DNA of 64,000 bases from Thermoplasmata archaeon (GTDB lineage: Archaea; Thermoplasmatota; Thermoplasmata; Lutacidiplasmatales; UBA184): positions 8,827 through 72,826 of the forward strand of contig JAKIWS010000005.1 of the NCBI GenBank assembly GCA_022749895.1. Reading direction: 5' to 3'. Positions within the stretch are counted from its first letter, which is position 1. Every line of letters begins with the position of its first letter. A program made the translations under genes and the position numbers. Of this stretch, positions 8,652 to 16,743 are shown piece after piece. Below the pieces are notes generated by a model. That model saw nothing but the letters and a program-made list of their open reading frames with translations. It was not told the DNA's origin and ran no database searches.

Positions 8652-10256
8652 ATGAAAGTCGTCACCAAGCTTATGCGCCGAGCTTCGGGTAAGAATGTAG
8701 GTGCGGTAGCGACTACGGCCATACTGGTGCTCGCCGGGGTCGCGGTGTTGGGGTTCGGTCTCCTCAGCACGCACTCGGCGGTCTCCGTGGGGATTCCCCA
8801 CGGGGGTGCGGTCGCGCCGTTCACCAAGGCCGTCCACCCCGCGGCGGCCCCGAAGCCCCTAGCGCCCCCAAGTCCGCCCGTCACCGTGACGGTAGCGATC
8901 ACCGCGCAGCCGCCCACGAGCTCCGACATTCCGCTCTCGTTCAACTTCTCGGTGGTCGTGACGGGGGCCGTCGCGGACCGGCACAACCTCACGCTCACCG
9001 TGGCCGCCTGGGAAGTCGCCCCGAGCACGCTGATCGCGAACTACTCGGTCCACGTCGTCAAGAACCAGGTCGCCTACACCACGACGGTCGACTACGGCAA
9101 GCTCAACACCCAACTGTTCAACGGCGGAAACCTGCCGGGCGGCAACTACCAGTTCACCGTCTGGGGAACGATGGTCAACAGCACCAACGCCTCGGTGGCC
9201 ACGGCCACGGGGAGCGCGACGACGGCGCAGAGCAAGCTCTACGTCATCGACGTCCGCACGAGCCTCGCGAACGGGCTCACCCTCTACGAGACCGTGCCGT
9301 TCAACATCACGTTCAACGTGTCGATCACCGGCAACCAGGGCGTGCCGCTCCGCACGGACAGCGCGGTGCTCTCCGTCGAGGCACGGTACATCGTATCCGG
9401 CTGCGGCAGCGTCTTCGGCTTTGGTGGACCGTGTCCGTCGGTGACGAACGTGACGGTCCCGGTGGTCAACGGGACGACCTCGTACACCTTCACCGTGAAC
9501 GGCGCGTTCCTTACCGCCGGCGGCTTCGGCGCGGCGACCTCGGTCGCCGGACTCCCGCACGGGTCGTACCAGGTCATCGCCTGGGCGACGATCATGAACG
9601 CCAGCAACGCCTCGGCCGAGCCCCGGACGGGAGCGGCGGCGCACAACCAATGGCTCGTGCTCAACCCGCTCGTCGGGGCCGTGCTGTCGCCCGGCGCCAA
9701 CACGACGATCTCGACCGGCAACGTGACGATCTCGGTGGGCTACGGCGGCGACTTCATCAACGGCGCGAACGTGACGGTGACGTCACCCTCGGGCTCGACG
9801 GTGTTCGCGAACCCTGTGTTCGTCCCGGGCACCGGCTATCGGGCGGCGACCACCGTGACGCCGTGGGTCGTGACCACGCCCGGAACGTACACGATCACCC
9901 TGGTCGTGACCTCGATCCCGGGCGGGACGGCCGGAACGCTCACTGCGGTCGAGAAGGTCACGGTCGTGCCCGCGGGCGGAACGGTGTTCCAGAACACGAG
10001 CTCGTTCTCGAACCAAACGGTCATCCCGGGACTCAGCGGGGCGGTCGGCGGTGCGCTGCTGATCGTCATCGGCCTCATCATAGGCATGATCGTCGCGCTC
10101 GCCCTGGGGCGGGCGATGTGGGGCGGAGCGAAGCCCGCGCCGGCCCAGCCGTGGACCGGGACGACGTCGCCGACGGAGTGCCCCGTCTGCCACCAGACGT
10201 TCCCGACCGAAGAGGCGATGAAGGAACACTCCAAGTCCGCCCACGGGATGCAGTAA
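8652..10256 (+). CDS. Cell-surface protein with Ig-like repeat units, a C-terminal TM helix and a cytoplasmic C2H2 zinc finger. Paralogous in domain content to the protein ending at 3073.
   Basis: N-terminal signal/TM (AVATTAILVLAGVAVLGFGLL). Repeated units carry GNYQFTVWGT...NSTNAS and GSYQVIAWAT...NASNAS. TM LLIVIGLIIGMIVALALG. The tail ECPVCHQTFPTEEAMKEHSKSAHG fits C-X2-C-X12-H-X4-H. Confidence 0.6.
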   Translation: MKVVTKLMRRASGKNVGAVATTAILVLAGVAVLGFGLLSTHSAVSVGIPHGGAVAPFTKAVHPAAAPKPLAPPSPPVTVTVAITAQPPTSSDIPLSFNFSVVVTGAVADRHNLTLTVAAWEVAPSTLIANYSVHVVKNQVAYTTTVDYGKLNTQLFNGGNLPGGNYQFTVWGTMVNSTNASVATATGSATTAQSKLYVIDVRTSLANGLTLYETVPFNITFNVSITGNQGVPLRTDSAVLSVEARYIVSGCGSVFGFGGPCPSVTNVTVPVVNGTTSYTFTVNGAFLTAGGFGAATSVAGLPHGSYQVIAWATIMNASNASAEPRTGAAAHNQWLVLNPLVGAVLSPGANTTISTGNVTISVGYGGDFINGANVTVTSPSGSTVFANPVFVPGTGYRAATTVTPWVVTTPGTYTITLVVTSIPGGTAGTLTAVEKVTVVPAGGTVFQNTSSFSNQTVIPGLSGAVGGALLIVIGLIIGMIVALALGRAMWGGAKPAPAQPWTGTTSPTECPVCHQTFPTEEAMKEHSKSAHGMQ

Positions 10257-10296
10257 GCACCTCGGGCCGGCGCCGGTAGGCGCCTCCGGCGAACCC

Positions 10297-10325
10297 CTTC
10301 CTTTCCCTCTTTTCTTTCCTCCCAA
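10297..10325. terminator. Pyrimidine/T-rich tract between two convergent genes. This is an archaeal oligo-T type terminator candidate for both.
   Basis: cccttcctttccctcttttctttcctccc lies immediately after the stop at 10256 (+). Its purine-rich complement lies after the stop of the minus-strand gene ending at 10363. Confidence 0.4.
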
Positions 10326-10362
10326 CGGCGGGCCTACCCGCCGACCCTGCGTCAGCGATTGG

Positions 10363-11145
10363 TCAGGGTCCGTCGGCAGTCGTCGTCCGGGGGGTGCGCG
10401 GTGCGGCCGGTTTCCGAGCGACGAAGACGTCGCAGCGAACTCCTTCCTCCACGCGGCTCGTCCGGCGGGCGACGAGTCCCACGTCGCGTAGGATGCGCAG
10501 CCAGGTCGCTCGAGGGAACAACCCTTCTCGGTGGACGTCGTGGACCGCCCGGACGGAGCCGTTCCTCGCGCGAAGGAGCAGGGCGTAGTGGGTCTCGTTC
10601 TCCGTCGCCTGAGGGGACGCGGGGGGCAGCGTCCATTCGAGGTAGCGGGCGCTCCGACCGGTCCCACCGCCCCGGAGCCGTTCATCGTGGCCACCTTTCC
10701 CGGTGGAGGGGCGGAACGTCTCGCGCGTATGATCGGGGATGACGAGCGCCGCGCCGCCGACGCGAAGGTGCGCGGCGACCGTCGCCATCGCGGCCCGAAG
10801 GTCGGACTCCGTCCGCATGTACATCACCGCGTCGTGGACGAAGACGCCGTCGAACGTGCGGCCGAGCCGGACCGACCGCATGTCGCCGGCCACGTGCCGG
10901 CACTCCGGATTCAGCGCGCGGCTGACCCGGCGCATCCCCGCCGACGGGTCGACCAACGTCATCGAGAACCAGCGCTTGAGATGGCTCGCGTTGTTCCCGC
11001 CCCCGCTGCCGAGCTCGAGGACGTCCCGGACCGGGATGCGGGCCTCGCGACGGAGCCGTAGCGCGGCATCCCCCGCCTCCCCCGCGTAGTCGGCGGGGTC
11101 GGAGATCAGCGGCCAGAAGCTCGCGGCGGCTCGGTACATCTTCAT
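10363..11145 (-). CDS. Class I SAM-dependent methyltransferase (TylM1/DesVI-like N-methyltransferase fold).
   Basis: LELGSGGGNNASHL glycine-rich SAM motif. The later ETHYALL segment and overall length resemble sugar N,N-dimethyltransferases. Confidence 0.55.
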   Translation of the reverse strand: MKMYRAAASFWPLISDPADYAGEAGDAALRLRREARIPVRDVLELGSGGGNNASHLKRWFSMTLVDPSAGMRRVSRALNPECRHVAGDMRSVRLGRTFDGVFVHDAVMYMRTESDLRAAMATVAAHLRVGGAALVIPDHTRETFRPSTGKGGHDERLRGGGTGRSARYLEWTLPPASPQATENETHYALLLRARNGSVRAVHDVHREGLFPRATWLRILRDVGLVARRTSRVEEGVRCDVFVARKPAAPRTPRTTTADGP

Positions 11146-11194
11146 ACACGCCGCGCGCCCGCTCCCGGCCCTCGGGCGCGAGCGGGTTCCCGCC

Positions 11195-12427
11195 TCAAAG
11201 GAACTTGGCGCGGGAGAAGGTCCGGCGCCAGGCGAGGACCTCCTTCCCGACCCGGTCGCGCCCGATCCCTCCGCGCACCAACAGGTCGGCGAGGCGATCC
11301 ATGTCGCCGGGGACGAGGCCCAACCGGGCGATCTCGGCGGTGCCGAGACGTCCGACCAGGTCGGTGATCAACCGATGCCTTTCCCACCGCCGCGCCAGGA
11401 CGGCCGCGGAGACGCCGTGGCGGCGGCGGAGCTCCCCGCGGTCGAGATGGACCTGGTGGGATTCGGTGAAACCGAGCTCGCGGCCGCGGACCGGGACGCC
11501 GCGGCCGTCGAGGGCGCCGGCCATCGCCCGGGCGTTCTCGATCGTCGCCGCGGCGTAGGCGGGGCCCACCCGCTCGAGCTCCAGGAGCGTCTGGGCGACC
11601 CCCGCGATCCGATTCCAGTGGGCGTTGTCGAAGACCCGCCAAACGAGCGCCGGGGCGATCTGGGCGAACAGCTCGGTGCGGTTGGTCAGCAGAAGACCGC
11701 CCTGCGGTCCGGGGAACGACTTGTGGGTGCTGCCGAAGACGACGTCGGCCCCGTCGCGCAGCGGGTCCTGGAACCGGCCGCCGGCGATCAGGCCCAAGAC
11801 GTGGGAGGCGTCGTAGAACAGGAGGGCGTTGTGCCGGTGCAGCTCTTCCGCGAGCGCCCGCACCGGGTAGGGGAACAGGAAGAAGCTCTGGCCGAGCACG
11901 ACGGCGTCGGGACGCTCGCGCCGGACCTCTTCGACCGCGGCCGCCTCGTCGAGCGAGTTGCCGGGTCCCTCCGCCGGAAGGGGCCGGACCGTCCATCCGA
12001 AAAGTGCCGGGATGTATCCGGGTGCGTAGCCATCGTACCCACCTTGTTCCGGTGCGATCGCGAGGATCTTGGCGCCCCGGGGCAGCAGCGGGACGAGGGC
12101 CGAGAGCGCGGCGATATGACCCGATAGGGGCCGCACGGTCGCGTGCTGGGCATGGAACAAGCGTGCGGCGGCGGCATCGGCGAGCGCCTCGATCGCGTCC
12201 GCGTACCGCGTCCCGGCGTAACTGTTGTCGATCGTTTCGCCGTCGAACGGTAGGGGGCCGGGCAACGTGTACCGACCGGCGAGGTCGCTCGCGAGGTATT
12301 TCCGCGCGGTGGGGGAGACGGCGTTCTCGCTCGGGAGGAGGTTGAACACCTCCCGGCCGCGCCACCGGTCGTGGGCGCGGACGAGCTGCCCGAGCCGCTT
12401 CTCCTCAGCGGCGGTGTCGACCGCCAT
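11195..12427 (-). CDS. glyA: Serine hydroxymethyltransferase.
   Basis: FNLLPSENAVSPTARKYLASDLAGRY, the PLP-lysine region GSTHKSFPGPQGG, and a length of 410 aa. Confidence 0.85.
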   Translation of the reverse strand: MAVDTAAEEKRLGQLVRAHDRWRGREVFNLLPSENAVSPTARKYLASDLAGRYTLPGPLPFDGETIDNSYAGTRYADAIEALADAAAARLFHAQHATVRPLSGHIAALSALVPLLPRGAKILAIAPEQGGYDGYAPGYIPALFGWTVRPLPAEGPGNSLDEAAAVEEVRRERPDAVVLGQSFFLFPYPVRALAEELHRHNALLFYDASHVLGLIAGGRFQDPLRDGADVVFGSTHKSFPGPQGGLLLTNRTELFAQIAPALVWRVFDNAHWNRIAGVAQTLLELERVGPAYAAATIENARAMAGALDGRGVPVRGRELGFTESHQVHLDRGELRRRHGVSAAVLARRWERHRLITDLVGRLGTAEIARLGLVPGDMDRLADLLVRGGIGRDRVGKEVLAWRRTFSRAKFL

Positions 12428-13046
12428 GATCCCGACCGCCGTGCTCGCGACGGGCTCCGGGCGGCGGGCCCGAGCTCGTCGGGCCGCCCGAACCCTCGAC
12501 CCCCGCGAGCTTGCGCCGCTCGCGGTTGCCGCACCGCGGGCAGGTGAGATCCTTCCCGGTCGGGGCCAAGAGGGCGTGACAGACCTGGCAGCGGGCGGAG
12601 ACGACGCCGAGTTCCAGGCTCTGGGTGGAGAGCTTGACGGAGCTACCGGTTTGCAGGACCCGCGCGAGGACGATGTCCCCCGGCTGGAACTCGTCCCCGA
12701 GGGTCTCGGTGTAGCCGTCCTTCGCTTTCGAGATGTGAACGGTCCCTTCGGGCGCGCCGGGGACGGTGCGCTTGTTCGATCCCACGGCGATGATCGTGCA
12801 GACCGCCATCGCGCTTTTGACCTCGTCGACGCGCGCGTACACGAGGTCGCCTTCCTTGACCTCCGGGATCGCGTTGATCGCTTCGACGCGGACCGCTCGG
12901 TCCGACGGGTCCACCCGGGCGTGGCCGAGGAGGGCCGCGTAGATCCGACCGCTGTCCTCGTAGGTCCCGCGCCCCGGGACGAACTCTTCCGCGGTGCCGA
13001 GCAGTTCGCCGGGGAGTACCAGCCGGTCGTTGGGGGAATCGCTCAT
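12405..13046 (-). CDS. csl4: Exosome complex component Csl4 (S1 domain plus C-terminal zinc ribbon).
   Basis: The S1-like core is followed by CQVCHALLAPTGKDLTCPRCG. It sits next to a COG2263-type methylase, which is the conserved archaeal exosome neighbourhood. Start taken at MSDSPNDRLVLPGELLG. Confidence 0.7.
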   Translation of the reverse strand: MSDSPNDRLVLPGELLGTAEEFVPGRGTYEDSGRIYAALLGHARVDPSDRAVRVEAINAIPEVKEGDLVYARVDEVKSAMAVCTIIAVGSNKRTVPGAPEGTVHISKAKDGYTETLGDEFQPGDIVLARVLQTGSSVKLSTQSLELGVVSARCQVCHALLAPTGKDLTCPRCGNRERRKLAGVEGSGGPTSSGPPPGARREHGGRDHGGRHRR

Positions 13047-13624
13047 CGATCCTGTCCGCGTCGCAGCACCCACAGGTCGACCGGGATCTCGGCGCGTCGC
13101 TTCCGATGATGCGGAAACGTCCGCGCGAGCTCCCAGCGCACCGGCCGGGTCACCTCGATCCGCGCGGCGCGCGCGACCGCGCGGCGCTCTATAAAGGTTC
13201 GCGACGCCGCCGAAGCGAAGGCGTAGATCGCCCCGTCGGCGAGGGCGAACGCCGCCTCCCAGAACGGAGCGTCGGCGTGCTTCGTCTGCGCCCCGAACGG
13301 CGGGTTCATGATGACCGTGTGGACCGTGGGCCCGCTCGCGTCGACCTCCCGCGTCTCGAAGGCGACGTCGACGCCCTGGCTCATCGCGTTCGACCGTGCC
13401 ACCGCGACGGCGGCGGGGTCGATCTCCACGCCCCGGACGAGGGCGCCCAGGAGGGCCGCTCCGATCGCGAGCACCCCTGTGCCGCTCCCGAGGTCGAGGA
13501 CGTTACGGCCCTCCAGGTCCCCCCGCAGGTCGGCCTCCCCGAGGAGCTCCGTCGCGAGCTCCGCCGGCGTGACGACCTGCTCGAGTTCCGCCTTCGGATC
13601 CGGGTACGGCGCCAGGCGGCCCAA
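13043..13624 (-). CDS. Predicted RNA methyltransferase (COG2263 / METTL5-like, NPPF motif).
   Basis: VLDLGSGTGVLAIGAALLGA and VHTVIMNPPFG. Confidence 0.7.
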   Translation of the reverse strand: MGRLAPYPDPKAELEQVVTPAELATELLGEADLRGDLEGRNVLDLGSGTGVLAIGAALLGALVRGVEIDPAAVAVARSNAMSQGVDVAFETREVDASGPTVHTVIMNPPFGAQTKHADAPFWEAAFALADGAIYAFASAASRTFIERRAVARAARIEVTRPVRWELARTFPHHRKRRAEIPVDLWVLRRGQDR

Positions 13625-13696
13625 CGTTCGACGGAGCTCCCCGGTGCGGGGGGTTCGGGGCTCCGCGGGGGGTACGATCGCCGCGGTCGGGGACGA

Positions 13697-13812
13697 TGCG
13701 GGGAGCCGGATTCGAACCGGCGAACGCCTTCGCGGCAGGATCTCCCGGGTCCGGGCCGGGGCCGCTCGACCGTTTAAGTCCTGCGCCGTTGCCCTGGCTT
13801 GGCTATCCCCGC
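13697..13812 (-). tRNA. tRNA-Leu (anticodon UAA) with a 31-nt intron at the canonical 37/38 position (13742-13772).
   Basis: Folded by hand on the reverse complement. Acceptor GCGGGGA pairs with TCCCCGC, discriminator A. Long class-II D-arm GCC-AAGCCAGGGCAAC-GGC. Anticodon stem CAGGA/TCCTG with loop CTTAAA|intron|A. Variable arm CCGCGAAGGCGTTC. T-arm GCCGG-TTCGAAT-CCGGC. No encoded CCA. Mature length 85 nt. Confidence 0.75.
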
Positions 13813-13816
13813 GCCG

Positions 13817-14116
13817 TTACCGGGCCGCGGGAGCCGCCGCTTCGAGCTCCTTCGCCGCGCGGGCGGGGGCTTTCTTCATCGAGACCCGCTTCGGGAAGTA
13901 CTTGAGGAGCACGACGTCGTTCACGGCGGCGACCCACCGGTAGGGCACGCTGACCGGCTTCGACTCATCGACCAATAAAGGGCTGGATTCCGCGACGAAC
14001 AGACCGTCGATCTTGGCGCCTTCCACGTCGACCACGAGGTTGTCCACTTCGCCCAAGAGGCGCCCGTCGGGGGTGTAGATCTGCCGCCCCACGAGCTCCG
14101 TCATCTCGACCAGCAT
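13817..14116 (-). CDS. PRC-barrel domain protein.
   Basis: A 99-aa protein with the pattern GRQIYTPDGRLLGEVDNLVVDVEGAKIDGLFVAESS typical of archaeal PRC-barrel proteins. Confidence 0.55.
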   Translation of the reverse strand: MLVEMTELVGRQIYTPDGRLLGEVDNLVVDVEGAKIDGLFVAESSPLLVDESKPVSVPYRWVAAVNDVVLLKYFPKRVSMKKAPARAAKELEAAAPAAR

Positions 14117-14183
14117 CGTCGCGCCCTCGGAGCGAGGAGCAGGTCGCCCCCTCTTAATCCTTGGGTCGGAAGCGAACGGAATC

Positions 14184-15971
14184 TCACGACTCGGGCGCCG
14201 CCGGACGCGCCGGGGCCTGCTTGACCTGCGCGCGGTACATCGTCACGAGCTCGTCGGAGGTCGTCGCTTCGGTCGGTCCCTTGTCGTCGCGCCATTTCCC
14301 CGTCGAGCGCGGGAACCGGAGCGCCAAGCCCGCGTCGGGACGGATCTTGCCTACGCCGGCCCGGTGGATCGGGCTCAACGTGAGCTCGGCGCCGCGCACC
14401 TCGAGGACGAAATGGGGTTCGATCCACTGGTCCGGTTCGAGCTCGGTCAGGAGGCCTTTCGGACGCTCGGCGACCTCCTTCGACTTGAGCTTCGCCGGCA
14501 GGCCCGCGACCGTCGCGTCGTCGAAGCCGCCCCCGACCTTGCAGAACGACTCGTACCGGTCCTCCTCGGGGTTGTAGGTGGCCAGGAGGAGCGCGCCGTA
14601 CCCTCCCGCGCGACGACCTCGGCCGTAGAACGCGCCGACGACGACGCCATCGATCGTGTCGCCGAGGGTGTGCGTGTAGTCGCGCTTGTACTTGATCCAC
14701 CAGAAGCCGCGCGCCCCGGCCCGGTACGAGCTTCCGGCGGCGATCGATTTCGCCATGATCCCCTCGCAGCCGTCGGCGATCGCGGCGTCGAACCAGGTCT
14801 GGGCCCCCTCGACATCGTGGACGACCTTCTGCTGGGCGAGTCGAACTCGGTCCGTCGGCCGGACGAGCGTGACGAGTTCCTTCCGCCGATCCGGCAGCGG
14901 CCGATCCATGACCGACGTGCCGCCGGCCATCAGGGTGTCGAACAGGAACAGGCAGACCGGGATCTCGTCCTGAATCTTGTCGAGGTCGTACTTCCGGCCG
15001 CGGCGGCGGGAGACCTCCTGGAACGGACGGATCTCGTCCGTCTCCGGGTCGATCGGAACGCACTCTCCCTCGACGATCGCCGGTTTGTGCCGGATCGCCC
15101 GCGGCAAGTCGGCGACGAGTTCCGGGAATTGTGCGCTGATGTTCTCGAGGCGGCGCGAGAACAGCTTCACGGCCCCTTCGGAGGGGATGTGCGCCTGCAC
15201 GCGCAGGCCGTCGTACTTGTACTCGATCGCCGCCCCCTCGGGCATCCGCTCGAGGATCTCGGCGAGATTCGTCGCCCGCTCGGCGAGCATGGGCCGCACG
15301 GGCCGTCCGACCTCGAGGCCGATCGAGCTGAGGGCGTCGAGCGAGCCGCTCGCGAGCGTCGCGGCCACGTGACCGAGGTCGCTCGAGAGGTTGTACGCCG
15401 CCTCGATGCGGCTGCGGGCCTCCTTCGAACCGTCGGCGAACGCGACGCCCAGGGCGTCCAGAAGGGACATCTCGCGGACGCCGAGCCGGAGCGTTCCCAG
15501 GACGAAGCGAAGCACGTACTTCCCCTCGGCCGGAGTGGCGCGGTTGAGGAGGTCGACGAGCGTGCGGACCTTGACCTCCTGCGAACCTTCCCCCGAGGCG
15601 CGCGCGATGGACGTGAAGCCGGCGTAGACCTCCTCGACCTCGAGCGGCGCCGCGGTGTCGAGCCGCGGTCGCTTTTCGAGCAGCGTCGCCGCCGTCGTCC
15701 CGAGGTCGCCGCTCGCGCGGACCGAGGCGGTCACCTCCGCGGCGGAAGCCCCGGTCGCTTGGACCACCGCCTTGCGCGCGAGGGAGTCCGCGACGCCGAG
15801 CTCGACGCCCTCGTACTCGGGGCGCAACATTCCCTGCGACAAGTAGAGGACGATTGGGAGATCCTTCGACGGCGTGGCGCGGAGGAGCTCTACCAAGATC
15901 GAGCGCATCTCGAGGCGCTTCGACGTCGCCTCGATCCGGTCGTACCAGGCGACCAGGTCAGCGAACCGCAC
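14184..15971 (-). CDS. lig: ATP-dependent DNA ligase.
   Basis: KxDG adenylation motif (AIEYKYDGLRVQAH), EGIMAKS and the WWIKYKRDY OB-fold region. The N-terminus FADLVAWYDRIEATSKRLEM is typical of archaeal Lig. GTG start at 15969-15971, just downstream of the rpe stop. Confidence 0.85.
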   Translation of the reverse strand: MRFADLVAWYDRIEATSKRLEMRSILVELLRATPSKDLPIVLYLSQGMLRPEYEGVELGVADSLARKAVVQATGASAAEVTASVRASGDLGTTAATLLEKRPRLDTAAPLEVEEVYAGFTSIARASGEGSQEVKVRTLVDLLNRATPAEGKYVLRFVLGTLRLGVREMSLLDALGVAFADGSKEARSRIEAAYNLSSDLGHVAATLASGSLDALSSIGLEVGRPVRPMLAERATNLAEILERMPEGAAIEYKYDGLRVQAHIPSEGAVKLFSRRLENISAQFPELVADLPRAIRHKPAIVEGECVPIDPETDEIRPFQEVSRRRGRKYDLDKIQDEIPVCLFLFDTLMAGGTSVMDRPLPDRRKELVTLVRPTDRVRLAQQKVVHDVEGAQTWFDAAIADGCEGIMAKSIAAGSSYRAGARGFWWIKYKRDYTHTLGDTIDGVVVGAFYGRGRRAGGYGALLLATYNPEEDRYESFCKVGGGFDDATVAGLPAKLKSKEVAERPKGLLTELEPDQWIEPHFVLEVRGAELTLSPIHRAGVGKIRPDAGLALRFPRSTGKWRDDKGPTEATTSDELVTMYRAQVKQAPARPAAPES

Positions 15972-16686
15972 GCTTCGCCCCCGCGACGACCGCGTCGCGC
16001 AGCATAGCGAGGTTCGATTCGACGCGCCCGCCCGTGAACACCGAGTTGCCGCAGACAAAGAACGACGCTCCCGCGGCCGCGGCCTCGGCCCCGGTCTCCG
16101 CCGTTACGCCGCCGTCGATCGAGAGCTCCGCGTTCGACCCCATCGTGTCGAGCGCGGCGCGGGCTTGGCGGAGCTTGGGGAGAGCCTCCGTCAGGAACGA
16201 CTGCCCGGAGAAACCGGGATGGACGCTCATCACCAGGAGCTCGTCGAGGTCCCCGAGCCATCGAGCGGCGGCTTCGAGCGGGGTCTCCGGGTTCACGGCG
16301 AGCCCGACCTCCACACCTAGCGCGCGAATCTTCGGAATCAACTCGCGAGGAGATCCGTCCGCCTCGACGTGAAAGACCAGGGTGGAACCACCGGCGGCCG
16401 CGAACGCTTCCACGTACTGGGCCGGCTTTTGGATCATCAGGTGCACGTCGAGCGGGAGCTTCGTACGGGAGCGGACCGCGCGCACGAGCGCCGGGCCGAA
16501 CGAGATGTTCGGGACAAAATGGCCGTCCATCACATCGAGGTGGAGCGCGTCCGCCCCGCCGGCTTCCGCGGCCGCGACCGCGGCCCCGAGTTCGGCGAAA
16601 TCCGCGCTCAGAAGCGACGGGGCGAGCCGAAGCCTCCGGCTCGCCGAGGTCACGAGCGCCCGTGTCCGGTCGAGTATATATATCAC
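15958..16686 (-). CDS. rpe: Ribulose-phosphate 3-epimerase.
   Basis: APSLLSADFAELG, HLDVMDGHFVPNISFG and VMSVHPGFSGQSF. The true start may be internal to this ORF. Confidence 0.8.
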   Translation of the reverse strand: MIYILDRTRALVTSASRRLRLAPSLLSADFAELGAAVAAAEAGGADALHLDVMDGHFVPNISFGPALVRAVRSRTKLPLDVHLMIQKPAQYVEAFAAAGGSTLVFHVEADGSPRELIPKIRALGVEVGLAVNPETPLEAAARWLGDLDELLVMSVHPGFSGQSFLTEALPKLRQARAALDTMGSNAELSIDGGVTAETGAEAAAAGASFFVCGNSVFTGGRVESNLAMLRDAVVAGAKRAVR

Positions 16687-16743
16687 CTACGGGGTCGGAC
16701 CGCTAAGTTTCCGGGGAACCGGGATCTCTTGGGTGAGAACTAC

